DNA of 60,582 nt from Coniocarpon cinnabarinum (taxonomy: Eukaryota). Of this stretch, positions 20,179 through 32,105 are shown one piece after another. Every line of letters starts with the position of its first letter. Position 1 is the stretch's first letter. The DNA lies in assembly GCA_051942205.1 (NCBI GenBank), contig JAVECO010000008.1, forward strand, positions 186,001 through 246,582. The letters run 5' to 3'. Both the position numbers and the translations under genes were made by a program. The notes beneath the pieces were generated by a model that was not told where the DNA came from, did not search any database, and saw only the letters and a list, made by a program, of their open reading frames with translations.

Positions 20179-20930
20179 CATTGTGAACAGGGGCAGACGC
20201 TCACATACGCAAGTGCTTTCTGACGATGCATCGTGTACAACAGTAATTGCTGGAAGTACACTCGGCTCGGAGGTCTTCAACCCCCCATGATAATTTTTAG
20301 ACCGAAGAAACCCTGAGCCTAGCACGATCTAGCTGAGACGAGCATTCTTACATTGCACATACTCGGTGGTGTTCTAATGTAAGTTGCCTGAGTGACGTAT
20401 AATTGAGCTACGATTGACCTGGCTTGTGTTCCCTGAAAAAAGGCTGGAGTAAGCAGTGGGCTATTTGTCCGAAGGCATGGGTGCAAGACTCTTCGACCAC
20501 GGCCAGGACATCCTTCGAGGACCGTCTGCGGCGACGTAACATGGAACAGGCAACTCGGAATGCTGTGAAAGAAACCGCGAACCTTGAACGGAACACCGTA
20601 TATCGTATCTTGCAGAGTCGAGAACTTGAGTGTGAGCCGTGAGGACGTCAGACATGATGTAGTCGGCAAGTTTGCAGATGCCGACGGCAGTCATGACATA
20701 AACGTTAGTAAGCTCTGTTGGCGGCATGAGATTCAGGCACGTGACCGAGCCAGCTATGTGGAGTCCTGCATTGGCCTAACATCCCTGCCAGTCCAAGCGC
20801 TCCAATACACTGCGGATCCTTCGTGAGCTAACTTTGCTCCGCGGCGATGGCTACCGCGCCGGCAGCCGTCGCATATATAAACAGGTATCCAGCTCCATGA
20901 AGATTCGCAGCAAACTCTACAGCCATCAAC

Positions 20931-21456
20931 ATGTCGTTCCTCGGTCTATCTCCGCAAGTAAACTATTCAGTAATCGCTCTGCCTTTCTACTACGCTCTTT
21001 GCATCTCTCCTCATTTCGTTGCTATAGCCATTGCCACCAAGGGCCGCTTTTTTTCCGTCTGGGGTCAGTATGACACTCTCCTCGACGGATGACGCAGTAC
21101 TTACCGTGTATGAAGACAATCGCAACCCGCGGAGCGACGAACACAAGAGCCGCTACCAGCAAGAGCTAGATGCCCCCACCTGGCAGAGATACGAGCGTGC
21201 TGAAGCCGCTCAATACAACGCCTTGGAGGGGTTTCCTTTGGTCGCCGCAGCTGCCATTGCTGGCACGGTGGCCAGGCTGCCGAATGACAAGCTGAATTCA
21301 TTCATTGGCAGTATCTTCGCTCTGAGGCTCATGCACATCATTGTGTACATCAATGTCGCCAAGCAAGAATACACGCCCATACGTAGCATTATCTGGGATG
21401 TGATGCTTGGATATAGTGTGAAGGTGCTATGGGATGCTGGGAGACAATTGATGTAA
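20931..21456 (+). CDS. MAPEG-family membrane protein (exons 20931-21063, 21116-21456)
   Basis: Spliced MSFLGLSPQVNYSVIALPFYYALCISPH...WDNRNPR...RAEAAQYNALEGFPLVAAA...LRLMHIIVYI...IRSIIW; TATA-like TATATAA at ~20874. Confidence 0.8.
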
Positions 21457-21723
21457 AGAATCATTGCTGGGACGCAAGGGAAGATGAGTTCAAGACATTC
21501 GCGTGGCTTTCACGTCAAGCAAGAGTTAACTCCTTGAGTCCTTTGTCGAGATACGCACGTGTAGAAGAATTGAAGATCGCATTCCAGGGTAGGAATATGT
21601 GTAACATATATGACATTGGCTCCAACAAGCAACCTCTTTGGCTGTTCACAACCTCACAACATGCCAAGCTACTGGTCATCAATCTAGCTGCTCACTAGAA
21701 TTCCAAGGATCAATGCTATTGGC

Positions 21724-23160
21724 ATGGGGCCTGAACCTTCCATGCTGCCATCAATCTTAGCCCTGAGCGATGAGACAGCTTCAATGCAGGCTTTGGCGGC
21801 ACCATCGAATTTAAAATTAGCACCTTTGAGCGATCTCGAGAAAGTCGCTTCTACTGTGTCGTCCCCTGCCAGCAGTCTATCTGCTCTCGTTTCATCGTCC
21901 CAGCCATCATATGCGAGTGATTCCACTGCGTCGAACCTTCAGACTAGCATCGTCTCTTCGGCAAGCGTGACCAGTTCAAGTGCAACGACAAGTACAGGTG
22001 TGATGATCATATGGATGACACAATGCTGACGAGGAAATGGAAAGGGAGGCTGACAGTCCCCACAGGAACGCCAACAACAACCGGGTTTGATCCTTTGGCA
22101 ACCGATAACTTGGCAGCATATTTCGGTCGTAGCTACGGCAACGCTTATGCAAGTCTTGTGGATGTTTGTAACACGACATCTCTAGATATCATCATCCTCG
22201 GTTTCATCAGGGGCTTCAATGGTCCGACGACGCCGCCCACGGTTGACTTTGGAACCCACTGCAAGTTCCACAATGGACTTGCAGGGCCATGTCCAAGCTT
22301 CGCAGCACAGGTGCAGCAATGCCAACAAATCAACAGCAAGAAGATATTCGTGAGCGTCGGAGGGAGTTCAGGCTCAGTTGAGTTTGACGACGAGCGATCC
22401 GCAGTGGACGCAGCACAGGCGCTCTGGGATACATTTGGGGCTGGCACTGAACGACCTAGTTGGCGGCCTTTCAACAATACTGTCGTGGACGGCTTTGATA
22501 TCGGTACGTGACTTCCGTGCGTCTTCGGAATTGCGTACACTAATGCTCCACAAGATCACGAACGAGGCTCCGGCGCCTACTACGACACTTTCGCCAGCAC
22601 ACTGCGTGCCCTCTTTGCAGCGTCTTCTTCGACCAGCTCCACCCGCGGCGAATATTTCATCTCAGCAGCACCGTTGTGCGCCATCACTACAGCTGCCGGC
22701 GCTCTTCCGTGGGACGTCTATCCTCAGCTCGACTTTGTTTGGGTACGCTTTTACAACGCGAACAACTGCCAGCTTTCCGGACAAGGGTTCACCAACTCTT
22801 TGCTCACGTGGTACAACTTCATAGCTCAGTTTCAAGGCTCCTTTATGCCATATCCCAAGCTTTACATTGGGGCACTGAGCTTCAACAACACAATGATCAG
22901 TGGAAGTGGCAGTGGGTTTGTGGATGCGTTTACGTTTGCGACAAAGGAAATCCGATGGGTCTGGAGTGAGGCCTGCGCGAGTGTCATTGGAGGTACTATG
23001 CTTTGGGTATGTTTTCAAGATGTGCGAGGTTGACTTTCAAAGACTAATGAATAAATTTACACAGGATGGCACATTTGGTTTGGATCAAAGCGACTATGGT
23101 GGATTCAGCTACAACGATGCTGCTAAGTTCGCGATGGGCAGATATTCCATGCGTTGCTGA
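21724..23160 (+). CDS. GH18 chitinase, class III/Cts1-like (introns 21998-22065, 22504-22554, ~23007-23063)
   Basis: LAAYFG, DIIILGF, KKIFVSVGG, RPF...VDGFDI|DHE (intact DxDxE across the splice), ISAAPLC, DFVWVRFYN, KLYIG, GGTMLW|D; preceded by an S/T-rich stretch. Start uncertain. Confidence 0.88.
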
Positions 23161-23426
23161 GAAAGGCAAGGTATCATGTCTCCAAGGCGCATGCTGAGGA
23201 ATGCACCGAGCGCTTGGCTGCTCTGATTGCGGTAAAACACGCGCTTATTTGGACAGATCCGATAATGACATTCCAGCTAGATGGCCTAGCAGCGGCATTG
23301 TTTTCCTACGCTTGCTTTCTAACTAGAGCCACCTGAGCAGAGGTGAATCGCATGCTCATCTCCATTGGCGCCGTCTGTCACGAGCCCAGGCGGTCCACAA
23401 TAACCAACTCACCATGATGACATGTC

Positions 23427-25936
23427 ATGAACAGTTTCTCTCCAACGGACCCACCTGACCTCGAAGCTCATGCCCCTCGAGATGATTGGCCACTGCCTGG
23501 ATCAAGTCATGTTGAACAACCAGAAGAAGCACATCTGCGACCGGTGCTCCGAATCAATACATGCAATTCGGATGTGGTTTCCGATAACGACTCATGCCTC
23601 GATATACAGGCTCAACAGCCACTACAAGCATGCACGGCTGCGTCTGCAACAGCGTCTCGCTTCAGCAGTATCGCCGGCTTACATATACGTGCAGCAAGGT
23701 CGCTGGCAGCCGCAGCAAGCCACATCGCGGGCAACGATACCAGCTCAACGTCATCACTGCCCGTCTCCTCAGAGACACACTCTCAAGCTTCACCCAGGGC
23801 GTCCCCTGCGTCAGAGGAATCACGAATTTCCCTCGACTCAGCCGACATCTCACCAACCGCTTCTCACCACTTCCACCGCAGTCACAATGGCCGACGCATG
23901 TCTCGTAACTCCACGTCTACGCTTGGCGTCGACGGCCGAGAGACTACATCCTGGTGGCCGCGCATCCGCACGACGTACGATCCCGCGCGCAAGCTCAAAC
24001 CGGACGAGATCTTCCACCAGCGCCTCTTCTTCTTCGCCATCGTCTTCATGGTCAACACCGCGTGTCTGGTCGGCGCGCTGACGGCCAAGAACCACGCATG
24101 GGTGTTTGCCTTTATTCTTTTCGTCAAGAGCAAAGACTGCATCCAAAGTATTTATTCAGCGTTGGCGCTGGCCGCGCGGGCGCTCTTCCGCTTGATCTTC
24201 CCGCTGAAGCCCGTGGACGCGAAATGGATACTCACCCTTATTCCGGCCTACAGCGAAAGCGAAGAGCAAATCGTCAAGACCATCTTCAGCTTGCGTGACA
24301 ACGGCGTCGAGCCCCATAAGCAAGTCATGTGCGTCATCCTCGACGGCCGTCATCGCGACATTCGCGAACACATGACTATTGTCATCCGCTCGTGGCGATG
24401 CGACTACACCACTTCGAAGCAAAAAGCCGGCGAGCTCACCCTTGACGTCGGATTCATGGAGGACGTCCCCGTCATTGTCATTGAGAAGATTCAGAACGCG
24501 GGTAAAAAGGACAGTCTGATACTGTGTCATGACCTCTTCAACTGGCCTCGCGATAACATGCCACATTACAGCCAGCTGCTCCGCGCGCAGATCTGGGAGG
24601 AGATTTTACCTGTACTGACGCAGATCGAGGGGTTCAAGCAATTCGACATGATTTTCTGCACCGACGCGGATTCTACCATCTTTAAAGGCGCGGTGGCATC
24701 ACTTGCCAATGCCGTTGCGAGAGACCGCAACGCCATTGCCGCGTGTGGCATTCTCTTCGTGGAGCTGGAACCCGGCATGGAGTGGACGCTCTGGACGTTG
24801 TATCAGATGTTCCAATACGCCTTTGGGCAGTTCGTCCGCCGTCAGGCTGAGGGTCTCTGGGGAAAGGTGACCTGTCTACCTGGCTGCATCACCATGATCG
24901 CAGTCCGACCCGAATGCGCCAATGCCATCCGCATGTACGCGGCGCCTATCCTAACCTACCCCGTCATCTTCCACCAAGTGCAGTATCTGGGCACAGACCG
25001 CCGCTTGACCTTCCAACTCCTAAACCAAGGACGACACCTACGCACGCTGTTCGTCCCCGCCGCCGTGTCGGAGACAGCAGCGCCGCAAAGTCTGACGCAC
25101 TACCTCAGCCAGCGTCGGCGCTGGGGCAGCAACGCCTACTACAACGACTGGTTCTACGTCTTCGGCAAAAAACAAGCCCTCATCACCCGAGCCATGTGTT
25201 TCGTCGACGTCATCAGACTGACCATGGTGTACTACCGCATCGCGAACACGATCCTCTTCCTCTACGGACTGGCGAAGCAATTCGAGATATTGAAACTCAT
25301 CCCACTCATCATCGTGTCCCAGATCCCGACGATGTGGTTTACCTTTTCCGCCGTGTTCTTGTATCCCGAACTGCGGAAACGGGGAGTCAGATTGCTGCTG
25401 GGTTTCATGATTAATAAGGTGATGAGTCCGGCGATTAGCGTGACGGTGTTTACGACGGTGGTGAAGAACCTGGGGAGTCAGGTTTGGGGACTTACAGGCG
25501 CTGTGAGCGCGGCGCCGGCGGCTGGAGCGCCGACGGGTGTCGCGAGTGGTGTAGTCGTTGAAGCGGCGCGGAGGATGAGTCGGGCGAAGAGTTTGGGCGA
25601 TAGATTAGAGGAGGATAAAGTGTTGGAACATGTCGGGGGCGCTACAGATGTTGTCGGTAAGTCGACTCTATTCACTTTTAGTTGTCATGTCGCGGTCCCA
25701 GTGCTATCCCGATGCTGCCCCATTTGACAGCGCAGAAGCACTTTGCTGATTCTGCGGGCGAACGTGAATACGGAATGAGCTGATGTTTTGCCACAGCATC
25801 CGGTGATCTCGAAGCTGCACGAGAGGATCGAGCGACGCTGGACGCCCTGCGCGTCGAAGAAGCAATGATGCGCGAGGAATTAGACGAGCGACAGGTCGGC
25901 CAATGCGACATGGAAGGCGCCGATGATATGTTTTGA
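23427..25936 (+). CDS. Atypical chitin-synthase-like processive GT2 glycosyltransferase
   Basis: IPAYSE, GKKDS, TDADS, QMFQY, VTCLPGC, LGTDR and SQRRRW motifs; 2-3 N-terminal and several C-terminal TM segments; intron 25657-25796 leads to a short acidic last exon. Confidence 0.88.
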
Positions 25937-27125
25937 GTTTCGTGAAGGGCTGGAAAAGTACGAGCCCTACTACCAGCAGGCTTGCTCTTTCAATTACACT
26001 ATTATGAGTAGTTTGTGCTTCAAGACGGGCGTGTTGGAAGCTTACTGGCATATTTTGACACTCGGCCAAAGCTGGGCGATTACTAAGCTTATATGTGTCT
26101 CCGGAGTTGACGTCAAAATCTGAAAGTCAGATCTTTCGCATTTTGTGTAGGAGATCGTTGACCCGAGCTGCTATTTGTCATGACAGCGCTTGAGCAGAAA
26201 TGTCATGGGAACGAAGTCCAGAAAAGAAGTCTTCAAAATAGACTTTCAAGGTTTGAGGAATAACATAGTAGTGTGGCCAGCGCTATCGACCATCTAAACC
26301 CTAGATCAGAACCTGTAGCACATTAAAATACAAGAGAAACGCCTTTCAAAAACATTTTGAACATTTAAGGGATGATCTTGTAGTACGCGCACTACTGTTC
26401 ATTACACAGACGCTCGAGCAGGAACTTTACTTCTTGTAAAACTCAAAAAGAAAGTCCCTAGAAGTAACTTTCAGTATTTGGAGGATAAATTAGTAGCGCG
26501 CGCACTGCGACCTATCATTCGAGCGCTTGAACAGCATCGCCATCAGGGAAAAGTCTATGAGAACGCTTGTAGCAGTCCTGTCAAACATATGTTTGAGCTG
26601 TCCATCATTCTGACGCTTGAGCAGGATCTCCACCAACTCAAGGATCAGGAGAACGCGCTCAGAAGTAATTTCGGATGATTCGGAAAAACAATAACAAAAC
26701 AGCATACGCACCGCTGTCCAGAATATCAACGCTTCAGTAGAGTTTCTGATTATGGAACTACTTAAAAGAACGCTTTGAGAAATGCTTTTCAATGTTTGGA
26801 GCGTAGCATAGCATAGCAGTATGTATACATGCTATTCGTTAGATGAACGCTTGAGAAAGATCTCCCCGTCGAAAGCTCAGAAAATGCCTCTAGAGGTTTG
26901 ACTTCAATGTCTGAAATATGTCACAGGAGCATGAGCAGACGACTTCAAACAGCGAATCTCAGCAGTATGAAAGCAATCACGTGCCTGCGGGGCTGCAAAC
27001 AAGTCAAAACGCCTCTAAGAGAGTATTCGTGTGCTTCGTTGCTATATATATTGGGTATCTAATGCTAATGGCAAAGACAATGCAAAACGAGGGCAGGCAG
27101 CAGGTCACAGCAAGGCAAAAATGTC

Positions 27126-30100
27126 CTACCTCGATGAATTGTCCGAGAAACGACTTCGCGACGCCGACGCGTCAGGCCGGGTACGGGCACCCTTCGACGG
27201 GCCCGCAGCCGCAGCACGACGCCCACTCACCGTGCTGCGCGCGGCGCCTAGGGCCTGCCCGTGCCGGCGGTTGAAGCGCCGCATCATGTCCTGGTATTGC
27301 TGGACCTGGCGGAGACAGACGCCGGCGACGAGGTAGGGAAAGCTGCGGAGGTAGCCGACTTGGCGGTCGAAGTGCTGTCCGGGCTCCTCAATAGCGGTAG
27401 CGAGGCAGGCAATGCTGCGCTGTAGGGCTGCGGTACGCTCGTCCTGGACGGTGGCGCTCATTGTTGATGTGATTTCCAAATCAATCGTGCTGCTTCCGTC
27501 GTCGTTCTCGTCGCTGTCGAGATCTTTGTCCAAGTCCTGCATTTCTCCGGATTTGACGCAGCGGATTGTGTAGCGGGCGAGGCGGCCGAAAGCGTCTTTC
27601 ATGTCTGTGGTGCTTTCCCGAGCACGGCGGTTGGGGGTGGAACCATCGCGGCCGAGGATTGTGCCGCAGAAGACCTCAAGCTCTGAGAGCGGGTAGCGGT
27701 AGGGTGAGTAGTGGTACATCAGGTCCGCTAGATGGCTCTCGTACATGTGGCGGACGTCATTCGCAAAGATCCGATTGGACGGTGTATCCCAGTGGACTTG
27801 TACGGCAAGCTGACGGACATGATCGAGAACTCCTTTGATGAACGTGTAGCTTTTGGAGGCCGCGGCCTGTGAATCTTCCTGGGTAGATGGTCTGGAGTTT
27901 GTTTGATCAGCGCTGCGCACCCATTAATGTTATAGATGGAAAGGTGCAAACTTACCCATGGGTTGTTGTGATCTTCTCAATGAACTTTGTCTCATCGATG
28001 TTTCGATACAGCTTGCCCAACACATTTTGACTCTTGTAGTAGCGATAGCCCCCGGTCTCCAACTCTAAAGCTTCGTCAATGTCATCGGGCAGGCCATGAT
28101 AGTCCATCTCGTCGTCCAAAGCCATGGACGCAGAATTGGCATCCAAGACCAGATGTGGAGCCGGCGCCATGAAGTCTGGACGTCTGCGACGGTCAACCTT
28201 GGGGAAATCAGTCATGAGAGCCGGAATCTAGTTCAAGTTAGCCTCAGAAGCGCAAAGGCAACGCAACGCAATAATGCGCGACGGCAATCGTAGGAAGAAG
28301 CAGAGAAATGACTCACTCCTGTTTTCGAGAAATCCACCGCAGTTGAGGCCAGTTCCGCAAGCTTGATACAGTCTTGATCAAACACTCTGTCCTCCTTGTA
28401 ATCCGCCAAGACCATGTGTGTGTTGCAAATGGACCCAAGTCTATCTTGTTCCATAAACATGAGGAAGTGATCGCTCATATCCTCGGTAGTGACGGGACGG
28501 CCGATGTCGACTGGCGTTGGTCTCGGATACTCTGCCGGAGAACATGTTTGACGCGGAAAAAGAGTTTCATCGAATATGACGTTGTACAAGTCACCGTCCA
28601 GATCCCCACCTGATAGCATCGAAGGCACGTCACGTTCGCCCAACTGGCTAAACACGATACAGTTGTGAAGAGATGAGGTTGCAGAGCCAGCTGGTACTTC
28701 GACGGCGTAAACTTCTTGTATATCACCAGGATGCATGGCAGGAGCGCGCGTTACAAAGCATCTTCCGACTTTGCACACGGTGTCGCTCTTTCGATCTTCC
28801 TTGATGATGACATAGACTTGATTGGGCCCCAAGGTGCCAGTTTCATCCATGATCCCAAAGAGCGTATGCCCGTCTGGAACTGGGATTCGGGCTTTGTGTT
28901 TGAGCTCTCGGAGCTGTACTCGGGTCGCCTAATGATATGCTTGTTAGATCTCCAAAATAAAACATGTTGTAGGATGCGAAGAGAGTACTTACCATTTCAA
29001 TGGTTTGCAGCAAAAATGGGTCGTCCTGGAAATGGAAGCCATTGTCGTACAAAGATCGCAGCAATTGATCAAGGCCGATAGCTGTGCCCACCTGCTGAAA
29101 CTCCAAATAGACAGCCGCATTGATCGGGTTCTGTGTCATGCGCTCGATTTGTTTGAGCGCGGCTTGCTGCAGGTCGAGAAAAGACTGGGCAGGAACACCC
29201 AGCGACTCCATGATTACGATGAACTGTCGATTAAGGTACAATGGAAGCGGCTTGTACGCAGCTCCTGTGATCTCCAGCTGCAGATGATTGGGCGCCGGAA
29301 ATTTGTTCATCGAGTCCCGGAATCGGGCCGTCATGCCTTGTAGACCCGCATCCAGAGCAAGGACGCCTTTGCAGCCCTGAAATCGTATCTGAATAACTGT
29401 AGCGTAAGCTTTTCTTGACTGGAAGAATTTGCGATGGACCATGCGCAGCAGCTCATAAGAAATAGTACCGTTGCCATCCGAGAAGCAGCGGCCATTTCGC
29501 CACACGTCTTTAGCAGATTCGACTTTGGCGTGATGGAGAGGAATTGTGTCTGTTGCATCAGAGAACGCCTGACCTATGCGAGCAGCACATTTCGCCGGAC
29601 AGGTGATTGAAGAAAAGTCGCCGAGGTTCTCGATGACATTTTTCGGAATCATCAAGGTGTCCTCGTCGTGGTTGAAGAAGGGAGCCATAAACCAACACGA
29701 CTGTGTCCTCAGCGATGAATGTGAGAATCCAAGGAAGCTATAAGTACGGCCAGCTACTCTGATACCCTTTCTCAGCGTGGACTGGAATCTTCCGAAGACG
29801 TTGTCACGGTTGACTTTGCGTTCGTAACGCAGCTGCTCGCCATCCTCGTCGCAAAACTCCACCCGGAGGAAGTATGAAATGTCGCCCTCATACTTTCGGA
29901 GGACACGATTCTTCGTTTCCGGGACCGGTCCCTCGAGCCAAGTTCCAGACGGCGAAACTGATACTCGGTAGATCAAGCCGACGTGCTCGTGTCTCTGTGC
30001 GACTTGATACATTGATCCCCGCTTTTGGTACTTGGCTGCTTTGAACTCAATCGAGTCCAATAAGTTTTGAAGCTGAAATCGCTGTCCATTTGCCTCGGGA

Positions 30101-31230
30101 CCAGCAAACGGCAAGTTGAACGCGAGCGCTCGGATGCCTTCTGCAAGACGGATCTCGTCGCCCAGTTTTCTCCACAGATTAGAGACGTGGGGACACAGCT
30201 GGGAAATTTTGTGGGGAGTCAGGATTCCGTTCTCGACAAGTCGTTGCAGTTGAAATTTCACCGAGAAGGGCAAAACTTCTCGGTCAAGCGTTTCGCGCAT
30301 CTGGTTATACATGTGGCGATAATCGACAATACCAGCCTTGATGGACGTCGTCAAGCGAGCAGGGTTTGGCGCGCTTCGCTCGCGCTGCAACAAATTCACA
30401 GCAAGTGTCATGCCTGGATGATCTGCAAAGTTGACATAGTAGACGAAGCACGTGCTGACTGCGTCAACATGTCCGTGTCCAAGATCGCAGATACGATGGA
30501 GCTGAGCATCTTGCGACTTGGTTCGCAGACTGGAAGCGAGCTGGTCGGAGATTCCCATTCGATCAAAGAAGTGAGTTAATGCATCACTGTTAGATGCAGT
30601 CTTCTTGTTGTAAAACATCGGTGGTTGTCGCAACACGAATATCAAGGTCGGTTTCACCTTGGACCCAATGTAAATGCGCTCAATGATATTGTAGTGGATC
30701 AAGACTTGAACATTCTCGGGATTAGTCGTGCCAGCCTCTAACTTGACAAGTAAACGGTTGCGTCCAAGGACGAAGGAACCGTTCCGAGCATCATGATAGC
30801 AACGATGAAAGCTCAATTGCCCATCTGAACCATGATCCAGATAACCGTTGTCGAGGCTAGCCACCTTCAAAAGGTTGTCCGTGGATTTTTGGTGGGGCGT
30901 AGATGCCGGATGGCCGTGGGTTTTCTGGAGTCGGCGAACGACAAACACGTCTGCCTCATCGCGAGCCTCCTCCAGATACAAAGGCCTCCCATTCATCTTG
31001 AGCGGAGCAGGGACGCGGTAATTGCCTCTGAGTCCGGGACGTTTACCATGCAAGTCGAGAAATTTGTGGCCCTTTTCAGTGGAAGGTAATGTGAGGATAG
31101 CACAAGCCTTTTTCACTAATCTTTTGAGCTCGTACGACTCGATGCCGAAGCCACGGAGGTGTGGCAGTAATACGGATTCGAGCTCATGATCAGTGGCCGT
31201 GTCTGTAATGCCACAGATGAACACGTCCAT
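27126..31230 (-). CDS. Eukaryotic RNA-dependent RNA polymerase (RNAi), with N-terminal RRM-like region; introns 28929-28992, 28228-28316, 27892-27955
   Basis: NRVLRKY, FLRVEFCDE, FLGFSHSSLR, KCAARIGQAFS, FSDGNG, QIRFQGCKG, RAPAMHPGD, LSGGDLDGD (catalytic DxDGD), AVDFSKTG, RPDFM; all three splices keep the frame. Confidence 0.94.
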
Positions 31231-32105
31231 GGTGAGTGATGCTGCTTCAAAGGCAGACAACGAGATTCGATAGTCTAGTCAGCCTGTTTCATCACTGATG
31301 TTTGGCGAGCAATGTCAAAGAAGTTGTGGGAGTGGTAGAGTTTAAGTAAATTGCAGAAAAAAGTTTCGACAACCACGAAACATTACAAGAGTGAGTAGCG
31401 GAAAGGCGAAGGCAGAGTGAGCGAGGGTTCCAGACCGCTACATGAGCCAAGGTCGCCAGGTGCAGCCGAGAACACCTTGTGCCTTAGAATCCCCGTCGAT
31501 CTCTTAGACATGTTTCGAGCAAGTCGGAATACGAGCACCTCGAAGCTGGGACGAGGCAAAGTCGTGTATGGCAACAGCAGGGGAGGCAAGCACATCAAGC
31601 TTACGTGCGGGGGGTTCAAGGTACCCCGCTAGCTGCACAGGCATGCAGATGCGGGTATGTATGCAGGACTGTGACGAATTGTTACAGACATCTGCTCTAG
31701 GCAGCAGTGACGTTTGCAGGTGGAAGAGCGACGCGCAGGTGAACGCGGTGAATGGAGGCGCGGAGACGAGGTACTTGATCACGTGATAGAGCAACTTGCA
31801 ACGCTATCCCCAAGACGGAGCTGAATCGATATATATCCATCAGAGTACCACCGGCACTCGAAACTCTGCAAGAATCTATCATTCATACTCGCCCTCACCT
31901 ATGCATGTCCAAGACAGCGTCGGCAGATGACTCCGACTCATCCCATGAGCTCGAGCCATATCCTACACGGTGCCTCCCAAACAACGCCTGGCAGAATTCG
32001 TATACACAAACGATGGTCTCTCAGCTGTGCTATCATGCAACAGCATTCCGACAAAATGCTCAGGGTATGATCTGCTGCTCTCCAACTGCCATCAACGACT
32101 GGGTG

